From a virus (taxonomy: Duplodnaviria > Caudoviricetes), in the IMG/VR virus record IMGVR_UViG_3300021085_000113, positions 1-33,981 of that record: a stretch of DNA of 33,981 nt. One strand, written 5' to 3'. Every line of letters starts with the position of its first letter. Position 1 is the stretch's first letter. Shown here piece after piece: positions 14,140 to 23,977 of this stretch. Made by a program: the position numbers and the translations under genes. Under the pieces are notes generated by a model. It ran no database searches. It saw only the letters and a program-made list of their open reading frames with translations, and was not told where the DNA came from.

Positions 14140-16390
14140 GCGCTTAATGCAGATATTTACGGAGACTGATGAAAACTCCGATAATTTCCGAATAAGAGCA
14201 AAATTTGAAGACCAGATAGAGTCAAGGGTGAGGCAGGGTATTTTTCATTCCGCCAAGCATAGTAATCTTTATATGTCTGTGGATTTAGCGTGGGATACTC
14301 TTCCTATAAACAAGGCATCAATTCCATTGCTTCAGTATGCTCAAGGTAAAATAGATATTGAAGATGCGGCTCAAGGTTTAACTGATGCGGGATGCTCGGA
14401 GCAGTTTTGTGAGTATGACGAGGAAGGTACATTAAAAAATATTAACCTTCAGAACTTTTATGATGTTTCTGTTGATATTATTAGGTCTTATGTAACTCGA
14501 AGAGTTGCGGCACAGGTATCTCGTTTTTCAAACCTATTTCCTTATTTTAAATACGAGCCAAGGGGTACATCATCAGTTGATAAGCTAAGAGCAGACGCAC
14601 TTAGTCAAAGAGTTGAGATAATCGCTGATCAATTTAATTACAGGCATTTATTCGCTCAGGGTATTAGGGATATGTTTATGTACGGTCATGTTGTTATGTT
14701 CCCGTCACAGGCATGGACTAGAGATGTTCAGTGGAAGGTGAATAAGGATAGAGAGAGCGGAGTAAGTAGTTATGTATGCAAGGAGGGGGTAGACTTTATT
14801 AAGCCACACCCGACTAGAATCATGCACGACCAGTCTGCTCCAATGGCGGATATTAATACAGATAACGGCCCTAGTTGGTTAGGATATTGGGACATTATTC
14901 AATTTAGTGACATCTCTGAAAACTCTGGATATTGGAACACGGACGATATATCCTTCAATAGTAATTTATTTGGTGCTTACGATTCTTATAAAGAGTTTTT
15001 TAATTACTATGTAGAGCCTGAGACTATGCGCTTCCCAACAAGGAAAGCGGAGTGGGCCATGAAGAACGACAGGACTGCAAATGTTGGCGTTTACGGCTCA
15101 GAGGACACAGATAAGGGGATATTTATAACAAATTATTTTTGTAAGGTTAATCCCGCGCAAGAAGGTATTGGTGATTATCCTCACGATGTTTGGATGAAGA
15201 TGGTAGTCGCTAGTGATAACACGGTACTGCATGCAGAGTTTCTTCCTAGTATTCCTGCTATTTATGGTGGTTTAAATCAGAATGACGCACGAATGGTAAA
15301 TACATCCGTTGCACATGAGTTGATGCCATTTCAGGACCAGATGAATAACATCATGAACAAGATGCTTCACGATATGAAGATTTCGATGATGAAAATTTTC
15401 ACAATCGATCAGGATGCATTAGATGATGAGGTCAAAGATTACATCATGGATTCAATGAGCGAGGGTACATTGTACTCAAAGCAACATGCGATATTTTATT
15501 CCGGATCAAAGATGGCAGACCTTGGACTAAATGCGAAGGATTTTATAACCGTGGTGGATGTTCAAAAAGAGATGTCAGCATCGATATCTCAAGCAATGAC
15601 TGCAGTTACTCAATTGCTTAATCTAGTTGAGCGACTACTTATTCTATCGCCACAGGAACTGGGGCAACCAGCACCTCGTGAAATCTCTGCCACAGAAGTA
15701 ACGGAGATAGCTACTACAACACAGGCAATATATTCGTTTATATCAGAAGGTATAGATGAATTAAGAGGTGGGGCTAAGAAGATGCTATTTGAACATTTAG
15801 TTTCATGCAGTAACGAGGAATTTAAAGTTCCAGTGACTGGTAGATACACAGAAGATGTAGTGAAGAGGGCAGGGTTGCTAGATGCAGATGAAGGAGATTT
15901 AGACCGTAATCCTCAATCAAAACGAACAGTTATCGGTAAGCCTGAAGTATTGTTCCATGAATATAACTTTTCATCGAGAGATGGGGCAGAGCGAGCCGTA
16001 AATACACAGTCTGCTCAAACTTTAGCAGGCCTACTCCAACAGGTAGTATCCGTTCAACCAATCATGCAGGCAGTGGGAACTGAAAAAGTGTTAGAGATAA
16101 TGAATGAAATATTCAGACTCTCAGGTGCCGCATATGATTTAAATATTGAAACAGAAAGCCAGGAGGATATGTCCCTTGCTAATACTCAGTTTGTTGAGCA
16201 ATTGAAACAGCAAGTTCCTCAACTCATGCAAATACTCGAAGGCATGAATCAAGAGGTTCAGTCAATTAAGGGTGCATTAGCTCAACCAGCACCACAAGGT
16301 GCTCCACCCCCACCGCAACAATTTCAGGCAGGAATGCCTCCGCAAGAACTTGCTCCTCCCCCTCAAGGAATGCAACAACCACCACAGTAA
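14096..16390 (+). CDS. Portal protein
   Basis: 764 aa after terL; FQDQMN, SATEV motif, P/Q-rich tail typical of podovirus-type portals. Confidence 0.8.
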   Translation: MVNLDILKKFGCTHERLMQIFTETDENSDNFRIRAKFEDQIESRVRQGIFHSAKHSNLYMSVDLAWDTLPINKASIPLLQYAQGKIDIEDAAQGLTDAGCSEQFCEYDEEGTLKNINLQNFYDVSVDIIRSYVTRRVAAQVSRFSNLFPYFKYEPRGTSSVDKLRADALSQRVEIIADQFNYRHLFAQGIRDMFMYGHVVMFPSQAWTRDVQWKVNKDRESGVSSYVCKEGVDFIKPHPTRIMHDQSAPMADINTDNGPSWLGYWDIIQFSDISENSGYWNTDDISFNSNLFGAYDSYKEFFNYYVEPETMRFPTRKAEWAMKNDRTANVGVYGSEDTDKGIFITNYFCKVNPAQEGIGDYPHDVWMKMVVASDNTVLHAEFLPSIPAIYGGLNQNDARMVNTSVAHELMPFQDQMNNIMNKMLHDMKISMMKIFTIDQDALDDEVKDYIMDSMSEGTLYSKQHAIFYSGSKMADLGLNAKDFITVVDVQKEMSASISQAMTAVTQLLNLVERLLILSPQELGQPAPREISATEVTEIATTTQAIYSFISEGIDELRGGAKKMLFEHLVSCSNEEFKVPVTGRYTEDVVKRAGLLDADEGDLDRNPQSKRTVIGKPEVLFHEYNFSSRDGAERAVNTQSAQTLAGLLQQVVSVQPIMQAVGTEKVLEIMNEIFRLSGAAYDLNIETESQEDMSLANTQFVEQLKQQVPQLMQILEGMNQEVQSIKGALAQPAPQGAPPPPQQFQAGMPPQELAPPPQGMQQPPQ

Positions 16391-16414
16391 AATGTGCAAT
16401 AACCAGTATAGTAA

Positions 16415-17752
16415 ATGAGTGAAGAAGTAACTAGTGAAAGTGAACCACAAGAAGAAAAGACAGTAGGGAATTCATTACTGGACTCCCTTTTTGCCGCGGC
16501 AGAGTCAGAGGAGTCTACGCCAGTTCAAGAACAAGAGGCGGAGCAAGAGGCGGAGCAAGAGGTAGGGCAAGGGTTTGACCCTAATGAGCCACTTGCGTTA
16601 ACGGATATTATTAACGAACCTACCCCTGAACCGACAGAGGTAGAACCTGAACCGGAATCCAAGGAAGAGGTTAAAGAAGAACAACCGAGGAATCTTGAAA
16701 AGTTCGATAAGAATTTATTTGAAGGGGGGCTACCAGAACCAAGTGAGGTCGAACCTGATCCACAACCCGAACCTAAGGTTGAACCTGAACCTGAACCTGA
16801 ACCTGAACCTGAGGTAGTTCTAACCGAAGACCAGGATAAAAGGTATCAGTTAGCTAAATTTGCAGAAGAGAACTTCAGTGAGCATAAAGGTTTAGCTAAG
16901 GAATATTTAAATTTCTTTGATGAGCAAAAGAAATATATAGACGAGCGATTAATCGAAGACCCGAATGCTAAGTTTGATGAAACAGACTATGAGTATCAAA
17001 ATTTCCTTCAGCGTAAAAAGCCTAAATTCTCTCAGGATGACCTGGAGAAGGTAATTGAAAAAAGAACGATGAATCGCGCAAAGCAGGAAACTATATCTGA
17101 GTTGACGCCTGAAATTGAAAAACTGAAAGAACAGCAAAGAGTCTTAAAGGTAGAACCTACCGTTAATAAACTAAAAGAAGCTACTAGGGAAAGTATCAAA
17201 GATTTAATCCCGGAGGGCATGAGAGAAGTAATTAATAGTAAAGGCTCAGATGTTGCTTATGAGCAGAACCCTATTGAGTTTGATATCGTTGATAAAGTTG
17301 CAACTTTTCACCAAGGAGCAATGTTTGCGTTCCATGAAATTAGCAGTGGATTGAAAAAGTTCGACCCAACCAATGATACGCACATAAGATTAGCTACCTG
17401 GTTGGATAATTTACAGCATTCTATGCCAGAAAAAGACGGAAAAAAGTTTGTTCGCAGGGAGGACTTCGGAAAATTAAGTTCCAAGGAAAAGTCCAAATCA
17501 TACACTTTAACAGATAATGATGTTGTATCAATGGCCCATGACTCCGCGAAACTTTACATTACTAATGAACTCAATGCTAACGAGGAGAGATTAAGAAAGT
17601 CTGGATATGTAAGGTCACAAGGTGCTGTAAGTCAATCAGTTGAGCAGACCCCAAGGCAACCTAAGCCAGCACCAAGACAGGGTCATAATGTAAATCAGGA
17701 AGCTCAAGGTAAGGAAAAAGCGAACCCTGTTTTATCCGCCCTAGGTCTTTAG
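16415..17752 (+). CDS. Capsid scaffolding protein (putative)
   Basis: Acidic E/P-rich N-terminus, helical; lies between portal and capsid genes. Confidence 0.65.
   Translation: MSEEVTSESEPQEEKTVGNSLLDSLFAAAESEESTPVQEQEAEQEAEQEVGQGFDPNEPLALTDIINEPTPEPTEVEPEPESKEEVKEEQPRNLEKFDKNLFEGGLPEPSEVEPDPQPEPKVEPEPEPEPEPEVVLTEDQDKRYQLAKFAEENFSEHKGLAKEYLNFFDEQKKYIDERLIEDPNAKFDETDYEYQNFLQRKKPKFSQDDLEKVIEKRTMNRAKQETISELTPEIEKLKEQQRVLKVEPTVNKLKEATRESIKDLIPEGMREVINSKGSDVAYEQNPIEFDIVDKVATFHQGAMFAFHEISSGLKKFDPTNDTHIRLATWLDNLQHSMPEKDGKKFVRREDFGKLSSKEKSKSYTLTDNDVVSMAHDSAKLYITNELNANEERLRKSGYVRSQGAVSQSVEQTPRQPKPAPRQGHNVNQEAQGKEKANPVLSALGL
16781..16810 (+). repeat. GAACCT x5 coding microsatellite (EP repeats)
   Basis: Seen directly. 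Confidence 0.85.
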
Positions 17753-17877
17753 TTTTAAGTTGTAAAACCTAATTTTAATATAAAAAAGTAAACTAGTATT
17801 TGTACGTTTTGTAGAAAAATCATGTAAAAAACGATTTGTGCCAATTTTTATATAACTTTTCGTTAATATAAGTTATC

Positions 17878-17897
17878 TGACCTAATAAGTTAGGTAT
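17878..17897. promoter_or_regulatory. Operator copy upstream of the capsid gene
   Basis: TGACCTAAT-AA-GTTAGGTAT in an AT-rich intergenic region. Confidence 0.65.
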
Positions 17898-17918
17898 TTA
17901 ATTAACAAAAAATATATT

Positions 17919-19694
17919 ATGGCAAATCCATTCGATAACTCGCAACTGAGTACGCCCGCTACATCTTCTAACGGAAGTCTAGTAAAGGCACCTGGCGCAT
18001 TGAATGCTAGTGGAGATTTTCTTCCTCGCATCGTAAGTGTAGACTCCAGTACCGGTTGTACACTTACTAACGCCAGCATCAAGGGTATGACTCCTGCTGA
18101 GTTTGAAGGTCTCTCCAATAAGGAAATTGACCTCGCTCGCGTGATTGCATCTGCCGCTGAAGCTAAAATGCTTGGAGTTCAAGAAAAAGGATTCTCCTCT
18201 TTAATTAGATCGAGTATCACGAACATCAAACCATTACTTAATCAGCAAAAGATTGAAACACAGTCTTTGATTCTTCCTTACATCCAAAGAAGACAAAGAA
18301 CCCAAATCAATAGTAATTACTTTGCCGGTTCTGGTGGAGAAGCTGCTTCTGGTGCAGGAACAAACGGATTACACGCAGGGGCATGGTCATGCACTGTTGA
18401 CCTTGGTGATTCTCCATGGAAGTCAAATCTTTCATTAATTGACAGATACTTCCTACCTGGTGCTACTGTTATTGTAAGCTCATGGGGGGAAGACAAGAAA
18501 GCTAAAGACTTAGTTTACAAAATTGTTTCCGCAGTTGATGCTACTCCTTCTGGTGGTGAAGCAAAGGCAACTCTCGTTCTTGAGCCAAATATAACTTCTA
18601 CTGCATATGCCGCATTAAGTGAAGGTGCAAAAGCAGCTTATCAATTCGGAGTCGGTGTAGTTCAGACTGGAGCAAATTCGGTTAATGATTACGAAGAGTG
18701 GTGCCACAATCAACCTTCTGATTTAAGTAATCACTTGATTGTAAATTGGCTTCAAACAACTCGCGAATCTCGCATTGTTGATGACCAGTACAAAGCTACT
18801 CTTGAGTCAATTATGACTGGTAAAACAAATCCGTTCTTACAGAACTTTGTTTACCAACCTCTCGCCGAGCAGAACAAGCGCGCAAGTCAACTTTCTGACG
18901 AAGCATGGATGCGTTCAGTATGGTACGGTCAAAAGATTGATGAGAATCAAACTCCTGAGACTTACATGAATCTCCCTGCTGTTGTTGACCCCGAGGGTGC
19001 TCGCACAGGCAGTTCTGATTGTGTTCTTGAGTATAAATCAAATGCTCTTGGCCTTCACACTCAACTTCGTGACGCAAATCGTGTAGTTGATAATCAAGGT
19101 GCAAAACTTGACTTGGATTACTTATTCCAACAGTTGTACTACTTAAAGCGTAATCGTGAGGCAGATGGAGATAGCATTCAAGTTATTGATGTCATGACTG
19201 ACCGTGTTACTGCGAACAACATCTTCACTGTAATGAATAATTACTACAAAGCGAAGTATGGTTGGGATACAGTTCGTAATGCAGATATCAATCAAAAGAT
19301 TGAGCATAACGGAATCATGTTGTTTAACTACAACAAGTACGACATTCCTGAGATTGGTATCCAACTTGCGGTATTTCATGACCAGTACTTTGATGATTTA
19401 ATTTCAGCAACTCCAAAAGACACATCCATAACTGGATATGACTCCAAGTCACGCTCGCGTGCATTGTGGTTATTAGATTGGTCTGACATTAAAGTTGGAA
19501 TTGCAGGAACTAATTCTGTTACTCGTAAGAATCCGGCTCCTGAAGTCATGGATGCTTATAAGTGCCGCATGAGTGCCGTAATTAAGGAATACTCACTTCG
19601 CTCTACTACTTGGACAACTATGATGGATCGACCTGAGCGTCACCTCATTATCCAAAACTTTAGTGGAGAAGCACCATCGGTCACAACTGAGTAG
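17919..19694 (+). CDS. Major capsid protein (putative, 591 aa)
   Basis: Position after scaffold; own upstream regulatory region and downstream terminator; NWLQTTRES and WYGQK patterns compatible with an HK97 fold. Confidence 0.7.
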   Translation: MANPFDNSQLSTPATSSNGSLVKAPGALNASGDFLPRIVSVDSSTGCTLTNASIKGMTPAEFEGLSNKEIDLARVIASAAEAKMLGVQEKGFSSLIRSSITNIKPLLNQQKIETQSLILPYIQRRQRTQINSNYFAGSGGEAASGAGTNGLHAGAWSCTVDLGDSPWKSNLSLIDRYFLPGATVIVSSWGEDKKAKDLVYKIVSAVDATPSGGEAKATLVLEPNITSTAYAALSEGAKAAYQFGVGVVQTGANSVNDYEEWCHNQPSDLSNHLIVNWLQTTRESRIVDDQYKATLESIMTGKTNPFLQNFVYQPLAEQNKRASQLSDEAWMRSVWYGQKIDENQTPETYMNLPAVVDPEGARTGSSDCVLEYKSNALGLHTQLRDANRVVDNQGAKLDLDYLFQQLYYLKRNREADGDSIQVIDVMTDRVTANNIFTVMNNYYKAKYGWDTVRNADINQKIEHNGIMLFNYNKYDIPEIGIQLAVFHDQYFDDLISATPKDTSITGYDSKSRSRALWLLDWSDIKVGIAGTNSVTRKNPAPEVMDAYKCRMSAVIKEYSLRSTTWTTMMDRPERHLIIQNFSGEAPSVTTE

Positions 19695-19722
19695 TCACCC
19701 TTCTTTCATTCACTGGTTTATT

Positions 19723-19766
19723 AGGGAGGGGGGCACTGCGTATGCGGGGCCTCCCTCTTTTTCTTT
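19723..19766 (+). terminator. Intrinsic terminator after the capsid gene
   Basis: AGGGAGG...CCTCCCT stem followed by CTTTTTCTTT. Confidence 0.7.
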
Positions 19767-19769
19767 ATT

Positions 19770-20159
19770 ATGAAATTTTTATATACGAATAACGCCACGA
19801 GGGAATATAAGGCAGGGCGAGATTTTTTTAAATTCAAGTCGGTTCAGTCGTTAAGTGGTTGGATAGGGGTCTTAAAGATTGGCGGTGATATTGCCGAAAA
19901 GCTATTAGAGCACGAGCAAGTAATTGAGGTAGATGAGGCTTTTTACGAAGATATTTTAAAAAAAAAGAATCTGAATCAAGACCCCAATCGAAAAGAAATA
20001 TTAACATCAGCCGACCCAACAAAGCCAACAACGGCTCAGGAAAAAAGTGTGGAGTCTGTGGAGGTAGACCTTAGTGAGATTGAGGTAACTGAAGCTGAAG
20101 TAGCTGAAGTCGAAGTTGTTGATAGTCCAAAACCAAAGAGGTCTAGGAAGAAGAAATGA
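19770..20159 (+). CDS. Hypothetical virion-associated protein
   Basis: ORF track; acidic then basic tail. Confidence 0.65.
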   Translation: MKFLYTNNATREYKAGRDFFKFKSVQSLSGWIGVLKIGGDIAEKLLEHEQVIEVDEAFYEDILKKKNLNQDPNRKEILTSADPTKPTTAQEKSVESVEVDLSEIEVTEAEVAEVEVVDSPKPKRSRKKK

Positions 20160-20329
20160 GTGATGACTCGATTAGTGAAATACTGGATGGCCTGCGCGTA
20201 ATAGGTGTAAATACCGGAGTTCTTGGGGTTGTTACATTTGGCGACTTTGAAAGCGTTATGAATATTATACTGCTTTCCCTGACATGCGTTTGGACAATTA
20301 TTAAAATAAAACAATTAATTAAAAAATGA
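20156..20329 (+). CDS. 57-aa membrane protein, holin-like
   Basis: Hand-translated MSDDSISEILDGLRVIGVNTGVLGVVTFGDFESVMNIILLSLTCVWTIIKIKQLIKK; ATGA overlaps at both ends; hydrophobic segments and basic tail. Confidence 0.65.
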   Translation: MSDDSISEILDGLRVIGVNTGVLGVVTFGDFESVMNIILLSLTCVWTIIKIKQLIKK

Positions 20330-21315
20330 ATACCTTAAGGGAAAAAGACGGATATCCTCCAATATACCCAACTGTTCAAGATTCAGAGGTTCCTATTCTT
20401 GCAACAAACCAAGGTCGCTTAATGGTGTCCCAAAAGCCAGCAGGGCATGGTATATTTGGGGTGATGTGTGCGGATAGTTATGTAAAGCTTCCATATTTCA
20501 AATCTGATCAGGTTAGAATTTCAAATACATCCGGTAAAGAAATTGCCTTGGCTAAGACATGGAACCCTTCAATCTTAGGTTCATTTGATGCGGATCCGTA
20601 TGTAGACGGTCAAACCATCGATGGAGTAAATGGATGGGAAGGTAATGGCGTAACAACTCCTGACTCAAATGATGAGACAAGGACGCCGATAATGGAGATA
20701 CTCCAGGGAAGAAGGTCTGTTTATATAAATGACAAGATAACCAAACAGGGGGAAAGTTACAATGGAGTCGTTCCTGACGGAACTAAAGTATCTTCTTTAT
20801 TTCGCCCGAGGTTAGCGTCTAAGCTTACTGGTCTTGGTCTTTATGATGGCTCGAAAAACTTAGTGGTAGGTATTTACACAAAAGATGGATTCCTCGGTAC
20901 AACTGAAGGTGGCGTTGATACTGATAGTGCCATAAAGGTTGACCCTAATTCAGCAGTTAGGCTTGAGATTGTTTTTGCTCCATCTATTGGATTTATTAAG
21001 TACTATGCGTTTCAAAATGAGGTTAGATACTTAATTAAAGAGGGGGTGGTAGATACAATTAAAGCTGAAAATCTTGCCTATAATTCTTATCGAGTTGGGG
21101 CAGAGGGAGAGGGTGCATTGGTTGATGAATTTAGAATGTATTTATTTAATCCTGCGGACCGTGATTTTGAGGTGCTACCAACATCTTCTTCGACTGTATT
21201 TAGCCTTTCCTTATCAACCGATGAATTAATGGTTAAAAGCCTTGGCTCAATTGCAGGGGAGTATAAGGATAATACTGACCCAATTTATCTTACTGGATTT
21301 TATGAAGAGTCATGA
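20326..21315 (+). CDS. Beta-rich virion structural protein
   Basis: ORF track; context; possible lectin-like core. Confidence 0.55.
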   Translation: MNTLREKDGYPPIYPTVQDSEVPILATNQGRLMVSQKPAGHGIFGVMCADSYVKLPYFKSDQVRISNTSGKEIALAKTWNPSILGSFDADPYVDGQTIDGVNGWEGNGVTTPDSNDETRTPIMEILQGRRSVYINDKITKQGESYNGVVPDGTKVSSLFRPRLASKLTGLGLYDGSKNLVVGIYTKDGFLGTTEGGVDTDSAIKVDPNSAVRLEIVFAPSIGFIKYYAFQNEVRYLIKEGVVDTIKAENLAYNSYRVGAEGEGALVDEFRMYLFNPADRDFEVLPTSSSTVFSLSLSTDELMVKSLGSIAGEYKDNTDPIYLTGFYEES

Positions 21316-22010
21316 TTGACCCAACATCATATTCAGACACGCAATACCTTAGCCTTAAGACGGGCAAGAGTAGTCAGGCAGAACCTGGTAATACACCAAC
21401 CCCTCCAACTCCTAGAGATTTAAAGGACTCGGTTAATGACCCGATTCCTCAATCTGATATCAGTGCAATAAAGTCACAGGTACATGATACGCTTGAGTGG
21501 GATAGTCTTTTATTTGATAATAGGGAGAGACCATTTGTTGACTTACAACTATACCCCGATGCAAATAAAGTCAGACTTCCTATATCGGTAAAAGATTATA
21601 ATCTTTATGCCGACAATGGTAAGTTCTATGAAGATGTTACAATAGATGGTAGCGTATCCATAGGGCAAGGGATAAGAGGAGATTTGGATGTGGCGGGAAA
21701 TTTAAAGTTTCTTCGAGCAATAGAAGTTGTCACTCAAAATAAGACAATATCCATAGATGATAAATCTAAAATAATTCATGTCGAACCCGATGCTGCTAGT
21801 GTGACCTTAACTCTTCCTGCTTTCGGTATACCTACTGGTTTCACCTTTGATGTTATTAACGCAAAGCAGGGTGCGTTTACAGTTATTGCAACAGAGGCAG
21901 GAACGCTAAAGGCAAAGCACCCTGGCTTATCTCAGGCTTATTCATCCGCTACGGTTTATTGGACAGGTAGTGATTGGTTTGCTATAGGCGACCTAACTCC
22001 AATTGCATAA
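21312..22010 (+). CDS. Short fibre protein
   Basis: C-terminal VTLTLP...GFTFDV...W.AIGDL domain typical of phage fibre ends. Confidence 0.6.
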   Translation: MIDPTSYSDTQYLSLKTGKSSQAEPGNTPTPPTPRDLKDSVNDPIPQSDISAIKSQVHDTLEWDSLLFDNRERPFVDLQLYPDANKVRLPISVKDYNLYADNGKFYEDVTIDGSVSIGQGIRGDLDVAGNLKFLRAIEVVTQNKTISIDDKSKIIHVEPDAASVTLTLPAFGIPTGFTFDVINAKQGAFTVIATEAGTLKAKHPGLSQAYSSATVYWTGSDWFAIGDLTPIA

Positions 22011-22774
22011 TGCTTGGGGTTAATGTTGAGTCTATTGATTTCAACCTTCCTGTTGATGCATTAACAGAGAAGCCTTTATTTGCATTCTCCTGTAATCGTA
22101 ATGTAAGGGAGAATTACAGAGGCCCACTCTTACTAGATAATGACGATGAGCCAATAACCTTGGATAACATATCAACCAAGGTGGGCAGTCGAGTTAAAGG
22201 AATATTTGATCAAAAATCTAGGTATAATCACTCTCAACATGACGCAATTGCGTACGGGGATGTAACACTAGGAAAGGACGGCTCTAGATATTACTTAAAT
22301 TTCAATGGGTCTTCATTTTTTGATATTCCTATCACGCAGTATCTAACAAAAGATGTTGGGGTATTTGTAGTTTGTGACCCTGACGGAACTGGCAGGGAGC
22401 CAGTCTTCTCAGGATTTAGCGCGACTCATGAGTTATCAATGGATGTGGGTTCTGCTTATATGCGATTTTCTTACTATAAGTTAAGCGACAAGCAATTATT
22501 ATTTGGCGGGCTTGATAGTCCTGAATTGAAGCGAGACGGATATGTGGCAAATTTCTCAGATGAAATAAATATTACTAATGTATCTGGGAGTACAGGTAAG
22601 TCAGTACGCTCGCTCGAATTGTCATCACCACTTTCAGTATGCTGTATGGGTAAAGATGCAGGAAATTACTTCACGGGTAAGATATACGAAATGATTGTTA
22701 CTGATTTTGAAATACAGAATGATTCAATCGACCAGGTGTTTGATGACTGGACTGATTACTATTCATTGACCTAA
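22010..22774 (+). CDS. Concanavalin/LamG-like lectin-fold virion protein
   Basis: TAATG-coupled start at 22010; AFS..R.VRENYRGPL, FDQ, LNFNGS, YFTGKIYEMIV patterns. Confidence 0.55.
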   Translation: MLGVNVESIDFNLPVDALTEKPLFAFSCNRNVRENYRGPLLLDNDDEPITLDNISTKVGSRVKGIFDQKSRYNHSQHDAIAYGDVTLGKDGSRYYLNFNGSSFFDIPITQYLTKDVGVFVVCDPDGTGREPVFSGFSATHELSMDVGSAYMRFSYYKLSDKQLLFGGLDSPELKRDGYVANFSDEINITNVSGSTGKSVRSLELSSPLSVCCMGKDAGNYFTGKIYEMIVTDFEIQNDSIDQVFDDWTDYYSLT

Positions 22775-22798
22775 GTTCTGACCTAATATATTATATAG
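22766..22798 (+). promoter_or_regulatory. Promoter with two operator half-sites
   Basis: TTGACC-N17-TATTAT; TGACCTAAG at 22767 and TGACCTAAT at 22779; ATG 6 nt after the -10. Confidence 0.65.
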
Positions 22799-22800
22799 TT

Positions 22801-23265
22801 ATGTTTGAGTTACTTGCATTGTTTTTAACCGGAGGCGGTTCAGCTGCAATGGGTAGTATTCTTAAAGGCGTGTTTGGCATGATTACCGATTCACGCTCGG
22901 CTAAACATGAAATGGAAATGGCAAGGGAGTGCCGAAATAATGAACAAGCTATACAATTTCAACAAGCGCTTAATAGCGGACCTAGTGGAGCTTTTACTCG
23001 TGCTACTCGTAGGATGCTTGCTCTTATCGGCATGTGCACACTCTCCTTCATCACCTGTATCACAACCATCTACCCCTCGGTTCCACTCATCAGTACAACA
23101 AACATTACGGGAGAAGGGCGGAGAGAGTTTTTATTCGGGCTCCTCAGTTTTCCAGCTGAGCAAGCCCCTCTGGTCGTTACAACAGGACATATTGCACTTT
23201 TCGAAGCAACCGTAGTGTTGCCTCTAATTATTGGATTTTATTTTACACCAGGAGGTAGGCGATGA
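22801..23265 (+). CDS. Multi-pass membrane protein (holin-like)
   Basis: Hydrophobic N-terminus, TRRMLAL-led transmembrane segment, IIGFYF..GGRR C-terminus. Confidence 0.65.
   Translation: MFELLALFLTGGGSAAMGSILKGVFGMITDSRSAKHEMEMARECRNNEQAIQFQQALNSGPSGAFTRATRRMLALIGMCTLSFITCITTIYPSVPLISTTNITGEGRREFLFGLLSFPAEQAPLVVTTGHIALFEATVVLPLIIGFYFTPGGRR
22940..23215 (+). CDS. Candidate nested lipoprotein (+1 frame; start 22907, 22940 or GTG 22985)
   Basis: LLLVLLVGCLLLSA-C lipobox followed by P/S-rich AHSPSSPVSQPSTP. Confidence 0.35.
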   Translation: MNKLYNFNKRLIADLVELLLVLLVGCLLLSACAHSPSSPVSQPSTPRFHSSVQQTLREKGGESFYSGSSVFQLSKPLWSLQQDILHFSKQP

Positions 23266-23975
23266 AGTGGCTTGAATTTAATGAATCGGTAAGAACTTTT
23301 CTTTTGGTAGATTCAGAGAGAAAGGGCAGGGGGATACAGAAGTATATCGATAAGCAAATTATTGCAGGAGCACTTGACCTACAGCAGTATGTCTCTCAGT
23401 TACAATCAAGTAATGTAAATACATTCTTTGCTACGGATATGCTACCCGTACCAACGGGAACTAGGTCATCAGAGGTGGAGTTCGTCCCTACCCATGCAAA
23501 GATAAACTCGGTGATTATATCAGGGCTAGAGTCTGATGAGTCAACTAGGTGGTATTCATATGTGCAGGTTGTTCCATGGGTTAATAGATTTTCGGTTATT
23601 AATGGTTGTCCAGTTCGATCGAAATCATATGCCGGAAAGATTACATTCGGAGATGGGAAGATATATCTTTGCTCGCCATTAATTGATGATGAGAAACTTT
23701 ATATTTACTGGAGTGGGGAGAAGAGAATATACGATGTGGATGATATTGTAATCTTTGACGATAGTTGCGCAAAAGCAGTAGCGGATTTTGTCAAAGCTCA
23801 CCTTAATCGAGAGGTGGATAAAGATGTGGCGATGTATAAATCCTACATGGATATGTACAACAAGCAACGACAGCAAATTCATGTGAATTGGAAGGACTAC
23901 AATATAACTAACCCAATTGACCATGTTTCTGGAGGAACTTCAGGTAATGGAATAGGAAACTTTACAATCAAATAG
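23262..23975 (+). CDS. Putative head-tail adaptor/neck protein
   Basis: Helix-beta-helix organisation, size and position. Confidence 0.5.
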   Translation: MKWLEFNESVRTFLLVDSERKGRGIQKYIDKQIIAGALDLQQYVSQLQSSNVNTFFATDMLPVPTGTRSSEVEFVPTHAKINSVIISGLESDESTRWYSYVQVVPWVNRFSVINGCPVRSKSYAGKITFGDGKIYLCSPLIDDEKLYIYWSGEKRIYDVDDIVIFDDSCAKAVADFVKAHLNREVDKDVAMYKSYMDMYNKQRQQIHVNWKDYNITNPIDHVSGGTSGNGIGNFTIK

Positions 23976-23977
23976 AT

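Noticed and set aside
16530-16812. Phase-variable repeats in the scaffold gene
   Set aside because: Unit lengths of 6 and 12 nt preserve frame; ordinary low-complexity linker
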